Notes under the pieces: generated by a model
What the model was told of the DNA's origin: nothing
Seen by the model: only the letters and a program-made list of their open reading frames with translations
Database searches by the model: none
NCBI GenBank assembly: GCA_964016885.1
Contig: OZ024743.1
Location: 281,418,001-281,482,000 of the forward strand
Direction of reading: 5' to 3'
DNA: 64,000 bases
Source of the DNA: Eledone cirrhosa
Taxonomy: Eukaryota
In this document: in pieces, positions 45,765 to 56,634 of the stretch
Numbering within the stretch: the stretch's first letter is position 1
Layout of the letters: the number at the start of each line of letters is the position of its first letter
Program-made: the position numbers and the translations under genes

Positions 45765-48700
45765 CGCATACATATATACATCATCTTCATCATTTAATGC
45801 TTATTTTATTGATGATGAAGATCAACCAAGGAGTACGTTACTCAGATAATATAGCAAACAAGATCAAGCAGTGAGCACCTAACTTAGATATAACAGACAA
45901 GATCAACTAAGGAGGACCTCACATAATATAGTAGTCAAGCTCAACCTAGGAGTACCTCACTTCTTTTAGAATACTTATTTAACCTTTTTGATACCAAACT
46001 GCCATTAATTTTTTGATACTGTTTGTTTCAAAGTGTTTATCATCATCATCATTATCCTTATACAACGCCTGCTGTCCCTGCTAGCAAGGGTTGAACTGGT
46101 CTACATAAACCAAGTCAGTACTGAAATAGAGCTACTGACCTACCAGACAGGCCAAGGGGCTGTATCCCGATTATGTACGGTCATATTGATTGCAGAGAAG
46201 TGTCTTTGGACACAAACTGATGGGCTTCCTAACCCCTTGTTTGGCAAGCTTTCTATGGCTGGATGCCCTTCCTAACATCAACCACTTTACAGTGTGTAGT
46301 GGGTGTTTTTATTGTGTAGATCACCAGCAATAGGGAGGTTGTCATGTCCTCCCAACTCTGTTTGGCAAGCTTTCTACGGCTTTATATTTATATAAAAATA
46401 TTCCATTATAATTTTAAGCAAGAACTTTTGTTAAGTTATGTTCCAAACGCAAACTTAATAATGAGAAAGTTTGTTATATTACTAAATCTTGATTATTTTC
46501 AAAATTATTTGGCAAATATAGGCAATGTCTTTTATATGAAAGAATGATAACAAAAGGTTTAAACGACTCACCTGAGCTTCTCCAACTGAGTAGAGTTTTT
46601 GTCACATATATTCTCCCTGTCAATGGACAGCTTTGACAACTCTTCCTGACATTGTTGCATGTTTGAGACATACTTATCCAGTTCCACACCAGCATCCTCT
46701 TTGTACTGCTTTGCCCGTTCCACCTGAAGTTCAATTTCTTTCTCTTTCGGAGTGAACACACCTTTCTCGGCATGTTCCTCATTATGCTGCTTAACTAGCC
46801 TTTCCAAAACTGAAACAATATCAAAATAAAAGATCAACCATCACCATCACAACATTATAAGTCTTCATCACAGTTATTTCCTCAAGCCCAGATGGATGAA
46901 AGGCAACATTGACCTCAGCAAGATTTGAACTCAGAAAGTAGAGAGCTGGAACAAATACCGCAAAGCATTTTGTCTGATGTTCTAACAATTCTGCCAGGGT
47001 TTTCTACTCATACGTCTAGCCAATCATCTGTGGCTGCTACTTCTACTACTACTATTATTTATAGCACCACCCCAGTGACATTCCTTAATATGCTCTTATT
47101 TCCCATTCACCATCACTACCCACAGTTATATGCATCTTCATATTGTATAATGTAGTCCCTAGGATGCTCATGGATGGAAGAATGTTTGGGTCATTGTTTT
47201 GCTCTATTAGGGATGACCTGGGGCTAAACAACAACAGAACAATAATGAACCAATCAAGCCAACAAAGAAGCTTCTTCATGCTTATGGGGTGAAAAAGGAA
47301 AATGCAGTTAACTCCTGAAGGAAGGACTCATAAGGGCACTATACCAACATATTAAACCTGGCAGATCTTATCCCTTTCTAGGTCTATCTAAACACAAATT
47401 TCTTTCAAAGAAGGGGAGCGAGTGAGAGTAAAATGAAAAATCGACCCTAATACTAGACTGGTACTTTATCGATCTCAAAAGGAAAAAGGCAAAGTTGACC
47501 TCATTGGAATTTGAACTCAGAGTTTAGAGAACTGGAACAAACAACAAGGTATTTAATCCAAAGCCCTAGCATCTCTGCTAATTTGTTGCTTCACCAGTAA
47601 TAATGTGGCCACCTCCTACCTGTTATTGTTACAAAGAGCCAAGATGGGCTCAACCTACTGGAATTGGCAGCTAAGACTCCCTCAAATCACACCCATTAGT
47701 TTTCATTGAGTAAGATCATATTGAATGATATAGTCCCTACATACTCTAGAAGAGCAGGAGGATCATGTATGGAAAAATGTTTTTTGTCATGGGTTTTCTC
47801 TATCAGGGTTGACCTGGGGCTAAACAACAACAGCAACAATAATGAACCAATCAAGCCAACAAAGGAGCCTCTGCATAATTAAATATTTACTCTCTAAGGC
47901 AGCGTTTCTCAACCGATGTTTCCCAAAAGCCTTGGGTTCAGCGAGAAACAGTGATAAATAAGCTACTACATTTTTTAGTAATTTTTGTTCAAATTTATAT
48001 TCGTAATTTTACTATACATGTACGGCATATTGGAATGTTCTTGGTTATTATATTAAATACTTCAATCAATTATATTAATATTGGTATTTAATAATTTTTA
48101 TGTAGGGGTTATCTGAGACATGAAAAAACTTTCAAGGTTAAAAAGAGTGAGAAACACTAATCTAAGGGAAGAAAATCCTGGGGGGGGGGGGGGGGGGGGG
48201 GGGGGATAACTCTTGGGATGATGGCAACACAATGTGAACTCAATTATTTAATAATTTTTAAAAAATAACTACCAGACGTAAGTACAGGAAATGATATAAT
48301 TGATATAAAAACTCAGCATATAACAAAGTCCAGCAGAAACCGACATGCTGGATTTTTTAATATCTCCTGTCCTGGAAGCTGGTTCTGTAGGAATGAAATA
48401 CACTGTAGTGTGTGAATGTGTGTAGTGTATATGCATATGTATGTATATATATATATATATATATTTATTAAAATAACAGATTAAAGTTTAAGCAAAGAAT
48501 CGCTGCTTTCACCCTTAACGGGATCTTCTGAAACTAACAAGGTCAATCTGTGAATTCAGAAGTGAATATTTCAAAAAACGTTGCAACCGGAGGAAAACAG
48601 GAAGACGATACTTTGGTTCGTGGAAACATTCCCTGGCAAAGAACGGGAAAAAATGAATATAATACATCATTATTTGGAGCGGTGAAAAACAATTACACGC

Positions 48701-51700
48701 AAAGACAAAACCACGTTTATGGTATAAAAGAAGTCGTAGACTAATATTCTATTAAGTGGTTCATAGAGACGTTCTCAGGCAATGAACGGAAAAAACGAAG
48801 ATAATACGTCATTATGTGGACCAACGAGAACAATTACACGCAAAGACAGAACCACGTAAATGGTATAACTGAAGTCGTAGACTAAAATTCTATTTAGGAA
48901 ACCGAATGATTCTCGGCTTCAGAGTTAAGAATAAAGTAAATAAAATACAGAGGTAATTGAAATAAATACATACACGCATCCATATACGTACATACACAAG
49001 CATACGCAAAAACACTCGCCATAGGTATACAAAAACACGCACGTACACAAAAAAAAACCCACACGCACATACAGAACCCACGCAACGCCTGTACCCGCAC
49101 ACATACGAATGTATACACCAAATACACATAAAAATATATATATTAATATATATATATATATGTGTGGATGTGCCATGGCAAAAAAGCACCCAGCCCACAC
49201 TGGAAAGTGGACGTGTAGGTGCCACGGAAAAAAAGCACCCACCACTCACTGTAAAATGAGGTTGGTGTTAGGAAGGGCATCCAGCTGTAAAAATCAAGCC
49301 AGAATCAGTTCCCGTCCCACCCTTGCAAGCAGGGAAAGGCGGACGTAAAATGATGAAGATGATGATGATGATGATGATGATGTGTGTGTGCGTGTATACA
49401 TATAATTAAATAAACGTATATAAATAAATAAATACGTATATAACAAGCGCACACACATACCTACATGTAAATACACATATGTTCGGAGACGTACGTCAAC
49501 CAAAACACAAAGTACACATATACACACACCCTACATACGTACGAACCCGCATACTCACACAGACGCAAAACTCACGTATACACATAACCAAAAGCATATG
49601 CACCAGAATATATAATATATACGCCATAACACAGTCAAATATACGTACGACGAAGTATACGTACCTTCATAAAACATACAGGTAATATATACTTACCTAT
49701 ACAAATAAGTAATGGTATTAACATAACATATACTTAGCTACCACATCAAGACGTAAAATATCCGCGTATAGATCGTACTATCCGTTAGGGTATAATGTGG
49801 GGCTGTAATACAGGAAAGTTTTGTGCAATTTATGTTTACAAGCCGAAATTGCCTCAGATTTTTTGTTTAAGATGTGGTCTTTGGCGTAGAGTATTTCCAG
49901 AGCCTCAGCGGCGCAGAGGTCACATGGTCTTTTATTTCCATTATACGATCTAGCCCTAGCTAGGATCTCCCAGTGTAACTTATATTGTCTTTTAGACTCC
50001 AGATATAAGCTGAAAGTGACGTCATATTCTTTCTTAGAGGGTAACGAAAAGAATGGGTATGCATGTAAAGACGCTGCTTGAATCTATTGACGGTTAACCC
50101 TATGTAGGCCCTACGGGACGTGGGTGTTTCAACCTTACATTTGTAGACAATGATACTAGAGAAGCATTTTCCGGATAGGGGGCAATCAACCTGATTCCTA
50201 CAATTACAGTTAGTACTAACTACAGGGTTGCACGTGTTCCTACGGCTAGGTAGTTTAGCTAAATTTGAAGCTGTGATGTTATGTGTAAGGTTAGGAGTCG
50301 TAGAGTAAGAAATTTTAATAGTATTTCTATTAAAAATTTTACTACATTTATGTGTAGGAGGAAAATGCTTCATAATAAGGGAGAGAAAGATCTTAGCTAA
50401 TGGTGTGGCCACCTCCATATTATATGGTGGGTTATACCATATAATTCGTCGGGATCTATTTCTTCTAGGTCTATTCTCGTACTCTGAATCATCATCATCA
50501 TCATCATTTCATTTTACGTCCGCTTTTTCCCTGCTTGCAAGGGTGGGACGGGAACTGATTCTGGCTTGATTTCTACAGCTGGATGCCCTTCCTAACACCA
50601 ACCTCATTTACAGTGAGTGCTGGGTGCTTTTTTGCCGTGGCACCTCCACGACCACTTTGCCGTGGAATGATAGGGACCCCAGTCCCTATCATCTCATTTC
50701 TACAGCTGAGTAAACTGGAGCAATGTGAAATAAAGTGTCTTTCTCAAGGAAACAACACATCACCCGGTCTGAGAATTGAACTCACAACCTTTTGATTGCA
50801 AGGCCAATGCTCTAACCACTAAGCCATGTGCCTCATGTATATGCTACCTTATCGACAAATCCACTCCGAGCAAGAGCTTCATTGTAATATATGGAATGGT
50901 CGTTGAAAATATGCTCGTTAGTAGATAGACGGGAAAGCCTCAAAGAAACGTTTCTTACCAGGTTCTTGGTTATGCTGGCAGGATGGTTAGAAAGCTTACT
51001 TATGTAATTAAGCGTATCATTCGGCTTCCTATACGGGTAATGAAAGCCATTCGATAAATTGAGGGTAACGTCGAGGTAATTAACGACAGAGAGGTTGGCC
51101 TCAACCTGTATGGAGAGGTTGAAGCCTTTAAAGAAGGCTGTGAGTTCTTTTCTGAACCTGTCGCAAGCACGTGGGCCGCACTTAGTCATGGTCAAAAGAC
51201 CATCATCACGGTACAAACCACCGCCCACGTTGGGGAATTCTTCCTTGATAGAGAAAAGAAGGAAAAGGCCTTACGAGCATTGAGGATGACATCAACTTCG
51301 AAATCCTTAACCACTGTGAGTGTTTTAGCGAAATTGATAGCTCTAAGGAGAAGTGGTAAAGTGATAGAGGAGTAGTAATTATTGATGTCAAATTGGATAA
51401 AACGGCAATGTTCCTTGTTGCATATGCCGTTGAACCAATCAATCACCGCGATTGACTTTGTTAGTTTCAGAAGATCCCGTTAAGGGTGAAAGCAGCGATT
51501 CTTTGCTTAAACTTTAATCTGTTGTTTTAATAAATATTTGCTCTACGGTTCATATAAATTTTATATATATTTATCCTTATCGAGCCCTCTTTGGATTTTG
51601 GTCTTCAAATTTATATTTATTACTATATATATATATATATATATACAGTGCCCCGCAAAAGTTTACAACACTTTAGGAAAAATGCGGTTTTAGGTATTTT

Positions 51701-54392
51701 TAATAAAGTTAGGGTAATGAAAATGTAACTACTGATAGAACATATAGTGAGGCATTTAATGATACAATCATATTTTTTAAAAAACAACAAGGAAATAACT
51801 CATGAAGAAAAATCAATATCTTTATAACGCAAAAGTTTACAACACATTTTATATTTATCGGTTTTTTTTCAAGAAAATTCTTAAATTTTCAGATTTAAAA
51901 TTCAGTAGAATGTTCTAGATTAGGTTTAAGGTAACTTCTAAGGACAATTAAAAACATTACGTCATTATTTGTCTGACAACCATCCTGTAAACATTGACAA
52001 CCGTCTTGTAAACATTGACAATATGGGGAAAAATAAACTGATTAATCAAGACCTCCGTAAACGCATTGTAGACCTTCATACAAATGGTGTTGGTTATAGA
52101 AAGATATCTTGGCAGTTAAATGTGCCATTGTGTTCAGTTGGTACTATAATTCGTCACTGGAAATCTCATCATTCCATCTGTCCTCTAATTAGTTATGGTC
52201 GTCCTAGAAAGATAACGGAACGTGCAGCTCGGTTATTGACGAGAAAGGTTGGCAACGAACCCCGGTGTACTCATTAAAATCTTTAGGATGACCTAGAAGG
52301 AAGTGGAGTAAAAGTGAGCACAGATACAATTAGTCGTTCACTACATCGATATATCTTCTCGAGGTCTCCAAGGAAAACACCACTTCTTACAAGGAAACAT
52401 GTTCTTCGTCGATTAAACTTTGCAAATGAGCATCTCATCAAACCTGCGTCATTTTGGGAAGATGTACTTTGGTCAGACGAAACAAAAATTGAACTTTTTG
52501 GTCGAAATGCTGTGGCAAAAGTCTGGAGAAAGAAAGGTACTGAATATTCCCTGAAGAATACTATTCCAACTGTAAAATTTGGAGGTGGATCAGTCATGGT
52601 CTGGGGTTGCTTTAGTGCCACAGGTGTAGGAAATATTGAAATAATAGAAGGAAGAATGGATGGCGCTTATTATAGAGGTATTTTGCAAAGGAATTTACAT
52701 CACAGTGCACATTCTCTCAGCTTAAAGCCAGTTTGGTTTTTTCAACAAGACAACGATCCAAAGCATACTGCAAAGCTAACACAATCTTGGTTAAGTACGA
52801 ATGGAACAAATGTTCTAAAATGGCCATGTCAGTCTCCAGATCTTAGCCCGATCGAAAATTTGTGGAGAGAACTGAAACTCAGAATTCCAAAAAGGAAACC
52901 CCAAAATATCCCTGAACTAAAGAAAATTTGTTGTGAAGAATGGAAAACTATTAGCCAAGAAGTTTGTAGGAGGCTACTCCAAATGCCTACAGGCTGTAAT
53001 TAGCAACAAAGGTTACGCTACAAAATATTAAGAGATGATTTAATAAATGTGTTGTAAACTTTTGCGTTATAAAAATATTGTTTTTTCTTCATGAGTTATT
53101 TCCTTGTTATTTTAAAAAAAATATAATTGTATCATTAAATGCCTCATTATATGTTCTATCAGTAGTTAAATTATCATTACCCTAACTTTATTAAAAATAC
53201 CTAAAACCGCATTTTTTCCTAATGTGTTGTAAACTTTTGCGGGGCACTGTATATATATATATATATATATATATGGTAGATATGTGTGTATGGTCACAGG
53301 TGGTTCACTAGTTAAAACACTCAATGCTGTTACGAGGGTGAGTCTCATCTAGGGTTTATATTTCAGTGTACTCCAGAGTTAAGGCAGCTGAAACATGCAG
53401 AGTATAAACTCTAGCCTCACGAGAGGGGAGGTCAACTTGAATATAGCAGCTAGGAAAACATTCATAGAGTTCCAGAGCAAACGCTGGGAGCGTAAGGATA
53501 GACCCGACAGCTTTAATATCACAGACTTAATGGACTTTTACCTCCTGCATAAACAATTGTAATTGGGGATGGATTGTACAGAGACGTTGCCCTTTTTGCA
53601 TTCCACCGACTCAACAACAACCAACTAGAATAGGATGAGGAAACAACTTAGATACTTTTTTAAGAACCATGGACTGACATTAGAATTCAACAGCAATACA
53701 TGGATGGTTAAATTCCTTGATGTGACCCTCAAGCTAGACACTGGCTTGAACCAACCTTTTCACAAGCCAGATGAGTGCCTCCAGTACGTAAATAGATACT
53801 CTAATCAGCTTCAAGCAATCCTTAACTTTATAATTAATAGTGTCTCCAACAGAGTATCCACACTACCCCTAATAAGGAAATCTTCAACCAGCTCGCTGAA
53901 TAATATAATGCGGCACGAGCTAAGGCTGGGTATTCAGAGAAGATCTGTTACATGGGAGATAGTAATGTGGTGAGTACACTTCTCAAATTCCGGTAGAATA
54001 CCAAAATTTGAGAAGAATGGGATTTGATTCTTCGTAGCAGCAGCTAGCGAGAGTACTTTACCTAATTTTATAAGCTATTGTTATTGTAATCGACTATGGC
54101 TATGGTTATTTTCTGCATTTGGGATTCCTATATCTTCAAAGAATACAATTTTGTATCATAGAACCAAAACCAGGGTTGATATGAAAGGAGTTAGTAGAAC
54201 ATTTGATAAAATAGATGTAATGTTGCAAAAATACATACAATCCAAGTCATTCTGCATTGCATCTTTGCTTTTTCGTAAAGTCTCTTCTGTTTCTTTCAAG
54301 TCCTTGACAAGTGTTGCTAAACACTCTTTCTCCTCCAAGATGTCACTTAACTCTATCTTCACTGTATCTGCATTGTCAAGAGTTTCCTCCAT
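40699..54392 (-). CDS. SPC24: Kinetochore protein Spc24 (NDC80 complex), 4 coding exons, ~190 aa
   Basis: Exons 54392-54239, 46809-46572, 42735-42659 and 40802-40699 join in frame. Coiled-coil N-terminus, then LYTHITGIRWQYDCEADDIKGY...FFITNYLWDLM, matching the Spc24 RWD C-terminus (LY...I.W.Y.CE...KG...FI..YLW.L). Confidence 0.9.
40803..42658 (-). other. U12-type (minor spliceosome) GT-AG intron of SPC24
   Basis: 5' splice site GTATCCTTG; branch site ACCTTAAC ends 11 nt before the intron end; no long polypyrimidine tract. Confidence 0.88.
42062..42459 (+). mobile_element. Non-autonomous Helitron (~400 bp)
   Basis: A|TCTATATATCTAAAA 5' end; 3' CCCGAGCAATGCCAAGCCATTCTGCTAG|T is similar to the 3' end of the large Helitron. 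Confidence 0.8.
42659..42735 (-). CDS. SPC24: SPC24 exon (YDIDLYTHITGIRWQYDCEADDIKG)
   Basis: ttacag acceptor; GTATCCTT donor. Confidence 0.9.
43130..44475 (-). mobile_element. Old decayed RTE LINE fragment
   Basis: DEMQSGF...LQEKFL...FLDLEKAFD and further stop-ridden RT homology. Confidence 0.8.
44581..45674 (-). mobile_element. 5'-truncated copy of the same RTE LINE
   Basis: ORF 44977-45555 nearly identical to the RTE C-terminus; same tail; flanked by (TA)n. Confidence 0.95.
46572..46809 (-). CDS. SPC24: SPC24 coiled-coil exon (LERLVKQH...TQLEKL)
   Basis: tttcag acceptor, GTGAGT donor, phases match neighbouring exons. Confidence 0.85.
47900..48159. mobile_element. hAT (Charlie-like) MITE
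   Basis: CAGCGTTTCTCAAC...GTGAGAAACACTA termini with an 8-bp TSD, CTCTAAGG / ATCTAAGG. Confidence 0.8.
50665..50833 (-). mobile_element. tRNA-derived SINE inserted in the PLE (relatives at ~2040-2150, 12287-12560, 16468-16690, 23500-23790)
   Basis: A box TGGCTTAGTGG, B box GAGTTCAATTC, followed by a TCCTTGAGCAAGACACTT-type body. Confidence 0.8.
51450..51519 (+). ncRNA. Putative type I hammerhead ribozyme variant (second copy on - strand at 48479-48548)
   Basis: AGTTT-CAGAAGA-tCCCgttaaGGGt-GAAA-GCA..TGC-TT-AAACT; distal stem I GATTGA/TTAATC; located in a PLE pLTR. Confidence 0.6.
51646..53249 (+). mobile_element. Tc1-family DNA transposon (DD34E, IR/DR type), 1.6 kb
   Basis: TA|CAGTGCCCCGCAAAAG...CTTTTGCGGGGCACTG|TA; ~200-bp TIRs, each with two CGCAAAAGTTTACAACAC direct repeats; transposase with GRPRK, WSDE, QQDND and SPDLSPIE (34 residues between D and E). 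Confidence 0.96.
52023..53031 (+). pseudogene. Tc1 transposase, frameshifted
   Basis: Frame breaks near 52275 and 52985; C-terminal LQAVISNKGYATKY* lies in another frame. Confidence 0.9.
53275..54060 (+). mobile_element. Decayed Penelope-like fragment
   Basis: FLDVTLKLDTG...PFHKPD...YVNRYSN resembles the PLE RT C-terminus at 50833-51228; short inverted repeat at 53349-53414; abuts (TA)n. Confidence 0.65.
54239..54392 (-). CDS. SPC24: SPC24 first coding exon (MEETLDNAD...MQNDLD)
   Basis: AAAATGG start context; an acceptor at 54416 implies an upstream exon; GTATGT donor; coiled-coil composition. Confidence 0.75.
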
Positions 54393-54643
54393 TTTTCTTG
54401 AGTAACAAATCACACCTGAAATGAATCCAATATTTAAAAAAAAAACATTTTTCAGATATCCAATACAACAATCTTTTTAAGGTCATTTTCCCTGCTAATG
54501 CTGAGGTTAGCTTCATAGACCTCAAGAAAGGTTTCTCCATTTTGGCCATCCTCTACATTCCACTCACCAACAGCCTTGCTCTCGTTAACTCTTCCATCAT
54601 CTTTAGCTATGTCTTTCATGAAATAATATGAATTATATATATA

Positions 54644-56062
54644 CTACTATTTATTATTGCCCTCCAGGCTATAACAGTGGAGTTCAAGACCGGCTGCCCA
54701 TGGGAACTCCTATACGCAGATGATCTAACGCTCATAGCTGAATCAATGGCCGAGCTAGAGAAGAAATTTCAAACTTGGAAGCACGGACTAGAATCAAAAG
54801 GCCTTAAAATTAACCTGGCTAAGACTAAAGTTCTAGTTTGTAAGAAAGAAAATAAGGCGGCGGTCCCCTCCGGGAAGTGGCCATGCGCAGAGTGTAGGAA
54901 AGGCATAGGTAGAAATTCCATTTTGTGTCCCAAATGCAAAGTTTGGGTTCATAAAAGATGTAGTGGGATCACAGGTAAGCTAACTAAGAACATAGATTTT
55001 ACATGTGGCCGGTGTTCTGGGGCAATAAGTAGCAGCAAGTGCCCACAAAATACTAGCTCTTTTAACTGCGCAGAGGGTTCTATAGAAATAGTGGACAGCT
55101 TCCGTTACCTGGGTGACAAAATCAGCAGTGGGGGAGGGTGCTCTGAAAGTACAGTAGCTAGAGTCAGAACTGGGTGGAAAAAGTTCAGAGAGCTTATACC
55201 ACTATTAGCCGCTAAAGGGTTCTCCCTAAAAATGAAAGGCAGGTTGTACGATGCCTGCATACGAACAGCAATGTTGCATGGCAGTGAGACCTGGGCATTG
55301 TGTGCAGAGGATATACGCAGACTAGAGAGAAACGAAGCTTGCATGCTCCGCTGGATGTGTAATAGTAATATACGTGAACGACAAAGCATAAACGAACTAA
55401 GGAAAAAATTAGAAATAAGAGGGATCAGATGTTGTTTACTAGAGAGAAGGCTACGTTGGTATGGTCACGTGATGCGCATGAAGGACGATAGCTGTATAAC
55501 AAAGTGCAGGGCAATAAAGATAGACGGTAGCCACGGAATAGGCAGACCCAGAAAAACCTGGGACGAGCTGATAAACTCCGACCTCACACAGTTACACCTC
55601 ACCAAGACAATGTCACTGGACCGAGACCTTTGGCGGTACTCAGTAATAGAGAAGACCCGCCTTACCTAAATACAAAGTAAAACCTACTACAGTCAGTAGG
55701 CATCTCTAACAAAATACACCCCCATCCCACCACCCCCACCCCATCCACACCGCCCCCTCTATGTAAAGTTATGTTGGTGCCACACCATCCAGGCCGAAAC
55801 AAATGAGATCGTGTAGGTGTCACGACAAAAAAACACACAGTCCACGCTGTAATATGGCCGTGTAGGCAACACGGTAAAAACCTCCCAGACCCACACTGTA
55901 AATGTGGTTGGTGTTAGGAAGGGCATCCAACTGTAGAAAACCTGCCAGACAGTCCTATGCGAGCAAGACAATCACTCTTGCCTCAAGTGGGAAAACCCCC
56001 GTCCAAACCCATGCAAGCGTGGAACACGGACGTTAAACGATGATGATGATGATGATGATGAT
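54644..56062 (+). mobile_element. 5'-truncated copy of the same RTE LINE
   Basis: ORF 54677-55669 is nearly identical to the C-terminal third of the 1006-aa ORF; same 3'UTR and (GAT)n tail. Confidence 0.95.
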
Positions 56063-56146
56063 ACGTTATTCCGGGTTGAATCGGAGGTAACCACAGTAAC
56101 TAAGGTACTCAATACATAGCAGAGTATAAAAGTTTTAATATAGATG

Positions 56147-56197
56147 AGATTCTACAGGACTAGAACTGTTTCATTCTTTAGAAATCATCATGAATCT
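56147..56197 (-). ncRNA. Degenerate type I hammerhead motif in a PLE-like end
   Basis: AGATTC-ATGATGA-tTTCtaaaGAAt-GAAA-CAG..CTG-TA-GAATCT (C3 replaced by A). Confidence 0.5.
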
Positions 56198-56634
56198 GGG
56201 TAGGGCATCAAAAAATAAATATGGTATTTATAGGTCTCTTCAGGTGGTAGGAAAGGGTGGGGAGTGGGATGGGTAGAGGTCATTGGTTGATAGAAAAGGG
56301 AATTCATTAAAAGCTAATTCTTTAAAGCTATAATTTATATTTAGAGTAACAAAGGCAGAAAGAATTCTATAAACAAGTTCAGAATGGGGTGCCACTCCTT
56401 ATTTTTAAGTTTCTCTTAAGCTAACAATGCCTATATTTCAGGTGTCTATAAGATCGTTGGGGGTCGGTCATAGTTGATAGATTTAAAGAAAAGGGAAATT
56501 CTTTAAAAGCTAATTCTTTAAGGTTCTACTTAGAGTGACAAAGGCCTAGAGAATTCTATAGACCAGTTCAAAATATTGAGTTCAGGGAAAAGGCGAACGT
56601 AAGAGGAAATGAAATGAAAAATGAAATGATATAT

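Larger units (their letters stand above)
48461..51623 (-). mobile_element. Penelope-like retroelement (RT + C-terminal GIY-YIG), 5'-truncated and disrupted, with inverted pLTR fragment
   Basis: RT pieces FIQFDI and GLYRDDGL...YLDVTL; CNCR...CPLSGKC linker; IVYKC...YIGLT...FKQR (GIY-YIG); frameshifted CDLC...LNKKSE...CKH tail; 88-bp inverted repeat 48461-48548 / 51450-51537; flanked by (TA)n. Confidence 0.9.

Noticed and set aside
48180-48205. Long G run as a functional G-quadruplex
   Set aside because: Simple homopolymer with no supporting context; its length is unreliable in assemblies
50750-50833. tRNA gene
   Set aside because: A and B boxes are present but there is no complete cloverleaf, and the sequence continues into a SINE body
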